Of a stretch of DNA of 40,982 bases, positions 19,580-29,319 are shown piece after piece. Origin of the DNA: Deltaproteobacteria bacterium (lineage in GTDB: Bacteria > Desulfobacterota > Deferrimicrobia > Deferrimicrobiales > Deferrimicrobiaceae). A program made the position numbers and the translations under genes. A model generated the notes under the pieces. That model was given only the letters and a program-made list of their open reading frames with translations, ran no database searches and was not told the DNA's origin. Position 1 is the stretch's first letter. Each line of letters opens with the position of its first letter. The stretch covers positions 1 to 40,982 of the forward strand of contig JBBISC010000005.1 in the NCBI GenBank assembly GCA_037441465.1, read 5' to 3'.

Positions 19580-19755
19580 GTGCTTCAGTCCATAAATACG
19601 GAAACGTATCGGGAAGACAGAACGGAATGTGCAGGCTACAGGAAGGTCCGGCGGAGTCGCCGCAGGAGGGGGGGCGCAGTGAGGTAAAGCGCAGCCGTGC
19701 AGGTTCACCGCACGGCGAGCCACGAACGGAGCCCCGCCCTCCGAGGCGGCGCAGC
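19579..19755. repeat. Mosaic intergenic repeat, copy D (177 nt: V 19579-19635, Z 19641-19670, Y 19677-19755) between hisF and hisI
   Basis: V is an inverted copy of W (GTGCTTCAGTCCATAAATACGGAAACGTATC compared with the reverse complement of 92-150). Z differs at one position from 1-30. Y is identical to 13127-13205. TA flanks both sides (19577-19578 and 19756-19757). Confidence 0.85.
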
Positions 19756-19768
19756 TAAGGGAGAAACG

Positions 19769-20122
19769 ATGACGGCGGACGAGCTGATCGGGCAGGTGAA
19801 ATTCGACGACCGGGGGCTGGTTCCGGTCGTCACGCAGGACGTGAGCGACAACGTGGTTCTCATGGTGGCGTGGGCGAACGCCGAGGCGATCCGGAGCACA
19901 TTCACCGGGGGGCACGCGACCTACTGGAGCCGCTCAAGGAAGTCCCTTTGGGTGAAGGGGGAAACGTCGGGCCATTTCCAGGACGTGGAGGAGGTCCTCT
20001 ACGACTGCGACGCCGACACGCTGCTGTACCGTGTCCGGCAGAAGGGCGCCGCGTGCCACACGGGGGAACGGACGTGCTTTTACCGCAGTGCATACCGGCG
20101 AGGGGGAAAATCGAATGAATGA
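19769..20122 (+). CDS. hisI: Phosphoribosyl-AMP cyclohydrolase (monofunctional HisI)
   Basis: [22 protein letters not shown] and CHTGERTCF motifs. ATG 19769 is preceded by AAGGGAG. The track ORF start at 19697 lies inside the repeat. Confidence 0.93.
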   Translation: MTADELIGQVKFDDRGLVPVVTQDVSDNVVLMVAWANAEAIRSTFTGGHATYWSRSRKSLWVKGETSGHFQDVEEVLYDCDADTLLYRVRQKGAACHTGERTCFYRSAYRRGGKSNE

Positions 20123-20462
20123 CGAGTGCATTTTCTGCAAGATCGCTCGGAAAGAGGTTCCGACGGAGCCCGTGTACGAGGACCACGACCTGCTCGCGTT
20201 CGACGACATCCACCCGGTGGCGCCGGTCCACGTGCTCATCGTCCCGAAGGAGCACATGGTCAACCTGAACGATGCGGGCAAGAACGACGTCCCGTTGCTC
20301 GGGAAGGCGTTGCGCCTGGCGGCGAAGATCGCCGACGAACGGGGCGTCGCCGAGTCGGGATACCGGGTCGTGGTGAACAACGGCGAACAGGGGGGGCAGG
20401 TCGTCCCTCACCTGCACTTCCACCTCGTCGGCGGCCGGCCCCTCGCCCCGGGGCTGGGCTGA
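20115..20462 (+). CDS. HIT-family (histidine triad) nucleotide hydrolase
   Basis: CIFCKI N-terminus and the histidine triad HLHFHLVGG. It overlaps the hisI end by 8 nt. Confidence 0.92.
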   Translation: MNDECIFCKIARKEVPTEPVYEDHDLLAFDDIHPVAPVHVLIVPKEHMVNLNDAGKNDVPLLGKALRLAAKIADERGVAESGYRVVVNNGEQGGQVVPHLHFHLVGGRPLAPGLG

Positions 20463-20479
20463 CGAGGGAAGGATCTTTC

Positions 20480-20507
20480 TTGACGAGGAATCGAATAGGT
20501 ATATAAT
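20480..20507 (+). promoter_or_regulatory. Putative sigma70 promoter of the rpsU-yqeY-dnaG-rpoD operon
   Basis: TTGACG (20480-20485), a 16-nt spacer, then TATAAT (20502-20507), in an AT-rich patch about 50 nt upstream of rpsU. Confidence 0.6.
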
Positions 20508-20554
20508 AATACGATTTTCTGCTGTTACTTGCAAATGGAAGGGGTGATCGATAC

Positions 20555-20752
20555 ATGCCGGGCGTCCGCGTGAAGGAAGAGGAGCCCTTCGAGAGCGTAC
20601 TGAAGCGATTCAAGAAGCAATGCGAGAAGGCCGGGATCCTTTCGGAAATCCGCAAGCGGGAACATTATGAAAAGCCCAGCGTCAAGAAGAAGAAGAAGAC
20701 GTTGGCGGCCAGGAAGCGCGCGTTGAAGAAATTGAAGAAGATAACCAGGTAG
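20555..20752 (+). CDS. rpsU: 30S ribosomal protein S21
   Basis: [42 protein letters not shown] is diagnostic of S21. Confidence 0.96.
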   Translation: MPGVRVKEEEPFESVLKRFKKQCEKAGILSEIRKREHYEKPSVKKKKKTLAARKRALKKLKKITR

Positions 20753-20754
20753 CA

Positions 20755-21225
20755 TTGGGACTCAAGGAACAGTTGCATAAGGATATGCAGGCGGCGGCCA
20801 AGGAGCGCAACTCCTTGGCCCTTTCTGCTTTGCGGATGGCCGTGGCCGCGGTGCAGAACCGGGAGATCGAGGCGGTCACCCGGAAGGAGATGCCGCAGGG
20901 GGGAACGCTCCCCCAGGAGGCGATCCTCAAGGTGATCGCCGCGATGGTGAAGCAGCGCCGCGAATCGATCGGGTTGTTCCTCCAGGGGAACCGCCCGGAG
21001 CTCGCCGCCAGGGAGGAGAGCGAGATCGCCGTCCTCGATCGGTACCTCCCGAAGGCGCTCACCGCGGTTGAGGTCGAAGCGGCCGCGCACGCGGCGATCG
21101 CGGAAACCGGCGCCGGGCTTCCGTCCGACATGGGACGCGTCATGAAGGCGCTTATGCCGAAGGTGGCGGGCCGGGCCGACGGCAAGGCGGTCAGCGAGAC
21201 GGTTCGGCGCCTCCTGGCGGGATAG
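20755..21225 (+). CDS. yqeY: GatB/YqeY domain-containing protein
   Basis: LKEQLHKDMQAAAKERNSLALSALR... and a C-terminal GRADGKAVSE are typical of YqeY. The rpsU-yqeY-dnaG position is conserved. TTG start. Confidence 0.88.
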   Translation: MGLKEQLHKDMQAAAKERNSLALSALRMAVAAVQNREIEAVTRKEMPQGGTLPQEAILKVIAAMVKQRRESIGLFLQGNRPELAAREESEIAVLDRYLPKALTAVEVEAAAHAAIAETGAGLPSDMGRVMKALMPKVAGRADGKAVSETVRRLLAG

Positions 21226-21254
21226 CGGTCCCGGGGGCCGCCGCAGGGAGACCT

Positions 21255-23006
21255 TTGGGAGGTCGGATCTCCGAAAGCACGATCCGGGAAGTACGGGACC
21301 GGGCGGACATCGTAGAGGTGGTCTCCGAGACGGTCCCTCTATCCCGGGCGGGGGCGAGTTTCCGCGGTCTGTGTCCCTTCCACCGGGAAAAGACCCCGTC
21401 GTTCTTTGTCCACCCCGCACGGCAGGCGTTCAAGTGCTTCGGCTGCGGGGAGGGGGGATCGGTCTTCCACTTCCTGATGAAGGCGCGCAACCTTTCCTTC
21501 GCGGATTCGGTAGAGGAACTCGCGGAGCGGTACGGCGTCGCGGTCCGGTACGAGGGCGGGGCAGCCCGTTCGCGGCCGAAAGAGGATCTCTATGCCCTTC
21601 TCCGCTTCGCGGCGGACACGTACCGGGAACTTCTGGGCTCCCCCGCCGGGAAGCCCGGGAGGGAGTTTCTGCGGCGGCGGGGAGTGACCCCCGAAGCCGA
21701 GCGCGAGTTTGCCCTCGGTTGGTGCGGCACGGGCGGTGAACTGGTCTTTGCGCTGAAGCGGGAAGGGATCGACCCGGCCCGGGGCGAGGCGGCGGGTCTT
21801 CTGCTCCCATCCGGGAGCGGATACCGGGATCGGTTCCGGGGGCGTGTGCTCTTCCCGATCGGGGACGCAAGGGGTCGCATCTGCGGTTTCGGGGGTCGGG
21901 CGGTGGACGATGCCGTCCCGAAGTACCTCAACTCCCCCGAGTCCGAGCTGTACCGGAAAAGTTCCCTCCTGTACGGCCTGTACCAGGCGCTCCCGGTCCT
22001 CCGGAGCGAGGGCCGCGTGCTGGTGGTCGAGGGGTACATGGACCTGATCGGCCTGTGGCAGAAAGGGGTCCGGGGCGTCGTGGCGACGTGCGGGACCTCG
22101 CTCACGGAGAGCCACGCCAGAACCCTGAAGCGTTTGTCGGAAAATGTCATCCTCTTCTACGATGGCGACGTGGCAGGGAAAAAGGCCGCGGTGCGGTCCG
22201 GAGGTCCTTTGTATGCGGCGGGGGTGAGCCCGAAAGCCCTGTTTCCCCCGAAAGGAATGGACCCGGACGATTGGGCGAAGGCGGCGTCGCCGGAGGAGTT
22301 GAACCGGCGCATCGCGGGGGCGGTTCCCCTCATGGAGTCGATCGAGCGCGGGGCTTCCAAGAAGTACGATCTAGCGACCATTTCCGGAAAACTTTCGTAT
22401 GTGCAGCTGATGGCGAAATATCTTCAATGGGTGACCGACCCGGCGGAGCGGGAGCTTTACGCGCAGCGGGTGGCGCAGACCTCGGGGCTCCCCGTGGGCA
22501 CCATCCACCGGCAGGTCGGGCCGTCCGCCCTGCCGCCCCTTCCGGAAGGTGGCGTCCCGCTGCGGAGGAAGGAATCCCGCGACGAGGAGAGCCACCTCCT
22601 GCGGTTGCTGGCCGTGGACCCCTCCCTCGCCGTCACGGCGCGCAGAGACGGGGTCGGGGAGCTCCTCTCCGGGGAGGACGCCCGGGGAGCCCTCGCACAC
22701 CTGGCGGAGCTGGCCGAGCGGACGCCCGGGGAGACGGGATTCCCGCTCGGTGAAGATCTCCCCGACGGCGTGCGAAAACTTCTTTCCGCCGAGCTCGTGC
22801 TGGCAGACATTTCCCCGGAGGAGGCGCGCAGGCGCTACCCGGGGGTGGTCCTTTCCCTCCGGATCCGTCGGGCGCGGGTTACGACCGAGGAGTTGCAGGA
22901 GAAGGTGAAGGGTACGTCGGGCGAGGAGGCTTCGCTGCTCTTCGACAGGGTGGTGGCCGCGAAGCGGGAGCTGGAGCGGTTGGAATCGGAACGCAGATCC
23001 CGATGA
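21255..23006 (+). CDS. dnaG: DNA primase
   Basis: Zinc-finger CPFHREKTPSFFV...FKCFGCGEGG and a TOPRIM region (VVEGYMDLI, ILFYDGDVAG). The start (TTG 21255) is approximate. Confidence 0.95.
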   Translation: MGGRISESTIREVRDRADIVEVVSETVPLSRAGASFRGLCPFHREKTPSFFVHPARQAFKCFGCGEGGSVFHFLMKARNLSFADSVEELAERYGVAVRYEGGAARSRPKEDLYALLRFAADTYRELLGSPAGKPGREFLRRRGVTPEAEREFALGWCGTGGELVFALKREGIDPARGEAAGLLLPSGSGYRDRFRGRVLFPIGDARGRICGFGGRAVDDAVPKYLNSPESELYRKSSLLYGLYQALPVLRSEGRVLVVEGYMDLIGLWQKGVRGVVATCGTSLTESHARTLKRLSENVILFYDGDVAGKKAAVRSGGPLYAAGVSPKALFPPKGMDPDDWAKAASPEELNRRIAGAVPLMESIERGASKKYDLATISGKLSYVQLMAKYLQWVTDPAERELYAQRVAQTSGLPVGTIHRQVGPSALPPLPEGGVPLRRKESRDEESHLLRLLAVDPSLAVTARRDGVGELLSGEDARGALAHLAELAERTPGETGFPLGEDLPDGVRKLLSAELVLADISPEEARRRYPGVVLSLRIRRARVTTEELQEKVKGTSGEEASLLFDRVVAAKRELERLESERRSR

Positions 23007-23021
23007 CGAGGTGAATCGCAG

Positions 23022-24812
<1,791 letters not shown>

Positions 24813-24829
24813 GGAAGGGGCGGACGGCG

Positions 24830-24859
24830 TTGACACACCGCATGCGGGCGGAAGATAAT
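24830..24859 (+). promoter_or_regulatory. Putative sigma70 promoter for the tRNA gene
   Basis: TTGACA (24830-24835), an 18-nt spacer, then GATAAT (24854-24859), ending about 29 nt upstream of the tRNA 5' end. Confidence 0.55.
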
Positions 24860-24887
24860 AAAAAGATGACCTGGTGTTCCTCGGGTT

Positions 24888-24964
24888 GGGCCCATAGCTC
24901 AGTTGGTCAGAGCCACCGGCTCATAACCGGTCGGTCCCTGGTTCGAGGCCAGGTGGGCCCACCA
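24888..24964 (+). tRNA. tRNA with anticodon CAT, not initiator-like, most like tRNA-Ile2 (lysidine-modified). Elongator Met is not excluded.
   Basis: A 77-nt cloverleaf folds by hand: acceptor GGGCCCA/TGGGCCC, D arm GCTC/GAGC, anticodon stem ACCGG/CCGGT with loop CTCATAA, T arm CCTGG-TTCGAGG-CCAGG, and an encoded CCA. C4-G69 and C5-G68 match E. coli ileX. It lacks the three G-C pairs of an initiator anticodon stem. Confidence 0.93.
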
Positions 24965-25018
24965 ATAGCGACGTTGCCATGGGGCCTGGCATGAGCGGGC
25001 CCGCAATGGACACGGCAC

Positions 25019-25052
25019 GAAATGCACCGGCTACCGGTGCATTTCTATTTAT
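25019..25052 (+). terminator. Rho-independent terminator downstream of the tRNA
   Basis: Perfect 12-bp stem GAAATGCACCGG / CCGGTGCATTTC with a 3-nt loop (CTA), followed by the T-rich TATTTAT. Confidence 0.7.
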
Positions 25053-25073
25053 GGCCTGCGTCACGGTGCCGGC

Positions 25074-26228
25074 GTGAGCCGCCGCGCGGCGGTCACGGTG
25101 AACGACGTGTGGCGCGCGCTCGACGAGCGTTTCCCGTTCGCCCACTGCGCCGACTGGGACAACGTCGGGATCCTGCTGGGCGACCCCGATGCTCCCGTGC
25201 GGTCGGTCCTCATCGCGCTCGACGCCACGCCGGCGGTGATCGCGCGCCTTCGACGGCGTCCCGCCGACCTCCTGGTCACGCACCACCCCGTCGTGTTCAC
25301 CCCCTTGAAATCCGTCCGTCCGGACCACGGGCCCTCCGCCGCGGCCTTCGCCCTGCTGCGCATGGGCGTGGCGGTCATCTCCGCGCACACCAACGCCGAC
25401 GCGGCTCCGCGGGGCGTTTCGCACGCGATGGCCCGCCGCCTGCGGTTGCGCGGGATCCGCCCGCTGATTCCCGGCGAACCGCCCTCCGGCGCGTGCAAAA
25501 TCGTGGTGTTCGTTCCGCCGTCCCACGCGGAAGCCGTCCTGGGGGCCGCCGCGGAAGCGGGCGGGGCGCGGATCGGCGACTATTCCCGCTGTTCCTTCCG
25601 GACCCCGGGGACCGGCACGTTCCTCGGCGGACCGGATTCCACTCCGCGCTTCGGAACACCGGGAACGGAGGAACGCGTGGAGGAGGTCCGGCTCGAAACG
25701 GTCGCGCCGGGGAGCCGGGTGCGGGCGGTGCTGAGCGCGGTGCGGAAGGCGCACCCGTATGATGAACCGGCGATCGACGTCGTGCCGTTGCGCGAGGGAG
25801 CCCTCGGGGGCGGGATCGGGATCGTCGGCGAGTTGCCCGAACCGCTGCCGCTCGACCGGGCCCTCGACGCGGTGCGCCGCGCCCTGCGGCCCTCCTGGAT
25901 CCACGTCGCGGGCCCCCGCCGGAAAACGGTGCGACGTGTCGCGATCGTCGGGGGGAGCGGGGGCGAGTTCGCCTTCGCGGCGCGCGAGGCGGGAGCGGAC
26001 CTCTACGTTACGGGGGATGTGAAGTACCACCAGGCGCTGGATGCGGCGGCGGGGGACATGCCCGTCGCGGACATCGGGCATGCTTCGGGGGAACGGTGGA
26101 TTCTGCCGGAATTCCGGCGGGTCATCCGCGCGCGGTTTCCGGGGACCGTGTCGCCCCGTGTCATCATGGACGAAGAGCCCTTGCGGGCGGTGCCCGCAGG
26201 GCGAAGAAGGGGAGGGGAAACGCCTTGA
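25074..26228 (+). CDS. Nif3-like dinuclear metal center protein (YbgI/DUF34 family)
   Basis: DWDNVGILLGD, LLVTHHP and a C-terminal GDVKYH...DIGH are NIF3-family hallmarks, with an inserted central domain as in the long forms. GTG start. Confidence 0.88.
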   Translation: MSRRAAVTVNDVWRALDERFPFAHCADWDNVGILLGDPDAPVRSVLIALDATPAVIARLRRRPADLLVTHHPVVFTPLKSVRPDHGPSAAAFALLRMGVAVISAHTNADAAPRGVSHAMARRLRLRGIRPLIPGEPPSGACKIVVFVPPSHAEAVLGAAAEAGGARIGDYSRCSFRTPGTGTFLGGPDSTPRFGTPGTEERVEEVRLETVAPGSRVRAVLSAVRKAHPYDEPAIDVVPLREGALGGGIGIVGELPEPLPLDRALDAVRRALRPSWIHVAGPRRKTVRRVAIVGGSGGEFAFAAREAGADLYVTGDVKYHQALDAAAGDMPVADIGHASGERWILPEFRRVIRARFPGTVSPRVIMDEEPLRAVPAGRRRGGETP

Positions 26229-26953
26229 TGGAGCAAGTGAAGATCCTGATCGACCTGCAGGAAATCATGGGCCAGGCGCGGCGGCTCCATGAGGAGAAGC
26301 AGAAGATCCCCCTCGAGGTGGCGGATCTGAAGAGCCTCTTCGAGGAGCGCGAGGCGTCATTTCTGGCGGCGGAGCAGGAGTTCGAGACCCTCAAACAGCA
26401 GCGCCGCGAGAAGGAGAGGGAGATCGAGGAGGAGCGGGACAAGGTCGAGCGGGCGAAGGCGAAGCTCATGTCGATCAAGACGAACAAGGAATATTACGCC
26501 ATGCTCAAGGAGATCGAGGGGACCCGGCGGACGAACGTGGCCCGCGAAGAGGAACTTCTCTCCCTCCTCGTGCGCTACGAGGAGGCGGAGAAGCGGCTCG
26601 CGGAGCGGAAGGCCGACCTCGACGAGGTGTCGGGGAGGTACCGGGAGCGGATGGTCGACATCGACGCCCGGATGGGAACCTTCGACGACGACATCGGGAA
26701 GCTGGACGCGCGCAGGCGCCAGGTGGCGAACAAGCTGGATCCGTCCCTCGTGCGCCGCTTCGAGATTATCTTCGAACGGCGGGACGGCCTGGCGGTCGTC
26801 GCGGCGAGGAACTACTCCTGCATGGGGTGCCACATGAACATCGCCCCGCAGCTGTTCAACCTTCTGCAGCGGAAGGACCGGATCCACACCTGTCCCAACT
26901 GCAACCGTGTCGTGTACTACGAGGCGACGGAGATCGAGGCGGCCGGCGAGTGA
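26228..26953 (+). CDS. Coiled-coil protein with a C4 zinc ribbon (COG1579/DUF164-like)
   Basis: A long heptad-rich region is followed by CMGCHMNI...CPNCNRV. TGATG overlap with the Nif3 gene. This gene pair is commonly adjacent in many phyla. Confidence 0.85.
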   Translation: MEQVKILIDLQEIMGQARRLHEEKQKIPLEVADLKSLFEEREASFLAAEQEFETLKQQRREKEREIEEERDKVERAKAKLMSIKTNKEYYAMLKEIEGTRRTNVAREEELLSLLVRYEEAEKRLAERKADLDEVSGRYRERMVDIDARMGTFDDDIGKLDARRRQVANKLDPSLVRRFEIIFERRDGLAVVAARNYSCMGCHMNIAPQLFNLLQRKDRIHTCPNCNRVVYYEATEIEAAGE

Positions 26954-27366
26954 TCTCCGTCGACGTCACTGTGCGCGTCGACGGCGCCAGCCGCGGGAAT
27001 CCGGGGCCCTCCGGCGCCGGCGCGGTGGTCGAATTCGGGGACGGGCGGACGCCGAGGGAGCTTTGCGCCTACCTCGGGGAGACGACGAACAACGTGGCGG
27101 AATACCGCGCGCTGCTCCTTGCGCTCGAAGAGGCGGCCCGGCACGCCGTCTCCTCCCTTACGGTCCACTCCGACTCGGAACTCCTCGTCCGGCAGTTGAG
27201 GGGAGAGTACAAGGTGAAGGCGGAGCACCTCCGGCCGCTCCACGCGGAGGCGTGCCGCCGGTTGCGCGTTTTCCCGGCGGTCCGTATACTGCACATACCG
27301 CGCGAGGAGAACCGGAGGGCGGATTCCCTGGCAAACCTCGCGATCGATCAGCACCGGAAAGGATAA
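26950..27366 (+). CDS. rnhA: Ribonuclease H (type 1, RNase HI-like domain)
   Basis: DGASRGNPGPSGAG (Asp1), NNVAEY (Glu), HSDSE (Asp) and ENRRADSLAN (Asp) are present. GTGA overlap with the zinc-ribbon gene. Confidence 0.85.
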   Translation: MISVDVTVRVDGASRGNPGPSGAGAVVEFGDGRTPRELCAYLGETTNNVAEYRALLLALEEAARHAVSSLTVHSDSELLVRQLRGEYKVKAEHLRPLHAEACRRLRVFPAVRILHIPREENRRADSLANLAIDQHRKG

Positions 27367-27367
27367 G

Positions 27368-27787
27368 GCGTCCGAGGAGGCCAGGCGGCCGCCGGTCCCC
27401 GCGCCGCATCGGCGGGGACGGGAGGAAAGTCCGGGCTCCGCAGGGCAGGGTGCCGGGTAACACCCGGTGGGGGCGACCCCGAGGACAGCGCCACAGAAAA
27501 GACACCGCCTCCCGCCACGGCGGGCGGTAAGGGTGAAATGGTGAGGTAAGAGCTCACCGCGCGACGGGCGATCGTCGCGGCATGGCAAACCCCACCCGGA
27601 GCAAGACCAAATAGGAGGGCGACCCCGAGGCGGCATTACCGCCCGCGGGGGAAGGGCGGCCCGCCCGGGGCCCTCGGGTCAAGGTCGCTCAAGGCGGGCG
27701 GAAACGCCCGCCGTAGAGAAATGGCCGCCCCGCGGCGACGCGTTTCGTCGCCGCGCACAGAACCCGGCTTACGGTCCCCTCGGACGC
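27368..27787 (+). ncRNA. rnpB: RNase P RNA, bacterial type A
   Basis: Universal motifs GGAGGAAAGTCCGGGCTCC (27421-27439), GGTAAGGGTGAAA, AGACCAAATAGG-type J11/12 and ACAGAACCCGGCTTAC (27757-27772). The P1 helix pairs GCGTCCGAGG (27368-27377) with CCTCGGACGC (27778-27787). Confidence 0.93.
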
Positions 27788-27800
27788 TTTATCCCGCGCA

Positions 27801-27826
27801 CGGCACTTCCCGACAAATGCCGTTTT
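27801..27826 (+). terminator. Weak candidate terminator after rnpB
   Basis: CGGCA (27801-27805) pairs with TGCCG (27818-27822), followed by TTTT. The stem is short and the loop is 12 nt. Confidence 0.3.
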
Positions 27827-27875
27827 CGATTCTTGCGTCCCCCTGAATTTATTTCCTCGAAGGGATCGAAATTCC

Positions 27876-27903
27876 TTGACACCCCCGAGGGTCCCGTTAA
27901 AAT
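27876..27903 (+). promoter_or_regulatory. Putative dcw-cluster promoter (Pmra-like)
   Basis: Consensus -35 TTGACA (27876-27881), a 16-nt spacer, then -10 TAAAAT (27898-27903), 47 nt upstream of the mraZ ATG. Confidence 0.65.
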
Positions 27904-27912
27904 GGCCATCAG

Positions 27913-27937
27913 GTGGGTAATTGTGGGGAAAGGTGGG
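27913..27937 (+). promoter_or_regulatory. Putative MraZ operator: three GTGGG boxes at exact 10-nt spacing
   Basis: GTGGG occurs at 27913, 27923 and 27933 (GGTGGGTAAT TGTGGGGAAA GGTGGGTAAC), between the -10 element and the mraZ start. This matches the known MraZ binding architecture of direct TGGG-type repeats with 5-nt spacers. Confidence 0.6.
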
Positions 27938-27949
27938 TAACGGTCCACC

Positions 27950-28402
27950 ATGATCTTTCGGGGACGCTTCGAATATACCATTGATCCAAAAGGCAGGGTC
28001 AACATCCCCGCTCCTTTCCGCGACCGCCTCCAGGAATCCGCCCAGGGATCGTTTTTCCTCACCAACTTCTCGACCTGCCTCTATGCCTTCGCCGCGGACG
28101 ACTGGGCGCGGATCGAGGAGCGGCTTTCGCGTGTTCCCAGCACCGACCGGAAGATGAACGCCTTTGTCCGGTTTTTCCTCGGGGGCGTCGTCGAGGTCGT
28201 CCCCGACAAGCAGGGGAGGATCCTCGTTCCGCCCTCCCTGCGTTCCTACGCCGGGCTGGAAAAGGAGGTCGTGATCCTCGGGATGCCCAACCGGTTCGAG
28301 ATCTGGTCGCTCGCCCGGTGGCAGGAAGAGATCGGCCGGTTCGAAAAGGAAGTGCACGAAGACCCTGGGCTGGCGCGGGAGATCAGCGCCCTCGGGATCT
28401 GA
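27950..28402 (+). CDS. mraZ: Transcriptional regulator MraZ
   Basis: MIFRGRFEYTIDPKGRVNIPAPFR and a second SpoVT/AbrB-like repeat (DKQGRILVPPSLR). Confidence 0.96.
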   Translation: MIFRGRFEYTIDPKGRVNIPAPFRDRLQESAQGSFFLTNFSTCLYAFAADDWARIEERLSRVPSTDRKMNAFVRFFLGGVVEVVPDKQGRILVPPSLRSYAGLEKEVVILGMPNRFEIWSLARWQEEIGRFEKEVHEDPGLAREISALGI

Positions 28403-29319
28403 TGGTGCCCGGTCACATCCCCGTTCTTTTACATGAGACGTTGGAATGGCTGGCCCCCGCTTCCGGCGAGATCTTCCTCGACGGGACGACCGGAGTTGGC
28501 GGGCACGCGGCGGAGATCGCCGCGAGAATCGGCCCCCGGGGTCTTCTGGTCTGCGCCGACGCGGACCCCTCGATGCTCGGGATCGCCGGCCAGCCCCTCT
28601 CGACCTTCCCCTGGGTGCGGCTCGTCCGTGCGGACTTCGCGGACCTCGACGCGCTGCGTGAGGCCGCGGGGGGAAGGACGTTCGACGGTGCGCTGCTGGA
28701 CCTCGGGATCTCTTCCCTCCAACTCGACGACCCGGCACGCGGCTTCTCGTTCCGGGCGGAGGGTCCCCTCGATATGCGGCGGGATCCGGACGGCGGTGGG
28801 CCGACGGCGGCCGAGGTCCTCCAGGACACGCGGGAGAAGGATCTCGCGGACCTCTTCTACCGGTTCGGAGAGGAGCGGTTCTCCCGGCGGATCGCCCGCG
28901 TGGTGGTGGAGCGCAGGAAAAGGGAGCCGATCCGGACGACCACCGGGCTCGCGGAACTGGTTTCCTCTGCGATCCCCCGGAGGGCCTGGCCACGGGACAT
29001 TCACCCCGCCACGAGGGTGTTCCTGGCGCTGCGGATCGCCGTGAACCGGGAGCTTTCTTCGCTCGGCGCGTTCCTCGACGCAATCCCCCGGCACCTCTCC
29101 CCCGGGGGTCGGGTGGCGGTGATCAGTTTCCACTCGCTCGAGGATCGTATGGTGAAATCGGCGTTCCGGCGGCCGGCGGCCAGTCCGGGAAAAGAAGAGC
29201 CGACGCTTGAACGGTTGACCCGCAAGCCGGTCGTCCCGTCGGAAGCGGAAGCGCGGGAAAACCCGAGGGCGCGCAGCGCGAAGCTCCGCGTGGCGCGCCG
29301 ATGCGATGGAGGAGGCTGA
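28402..29319 (+). CDS. rsmH: 16S rRNA (cytosine1402-N4)-methyltransferase RsmH (MraW)
   Basis: GHIPVLLHE, DGTTGVGGHA, DLGISSLQLD and SFHSLEDR motifs. TGATG overlap with mraZ. Confidence 0.96.
   Translation: MVPGHIPVLLHETLEWLAPASGEIFLDGTTGVGGHAAEIAARIGPRGLLVCADADPSMLGIAGQPLSTFPWVRLVRADFADLDALREAAGGRTFDGALLDLGISSLQLDDPARGFSFRAEGPLDMRRDPDGGGPTAAEVLQDTREKDLADLFYRFGEERFSRRIARVVVERRKREPIRTTTGLAELVSSAIPRRAWPRDIHPATRVFLALRIAVNRELSSLGAFLDAIPRHLSPGGRVAVISFHSLEDRMVKSAFRRPAASPGKEEPTLERLTRKPVVPSEAEARENPRARSAKLRVARRCDGGG

Noticed and set aside
24965-25073. Integrated element or genomic island at the tRNA 3' side
   Set aside because: The tRNA is followed by a strong terminator and then housekeeping genes (Nif3-like, rnpB, dcw). 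There is no integrase, and I saw no direct repeat of the tRNA 3' end elsewhere in the window.
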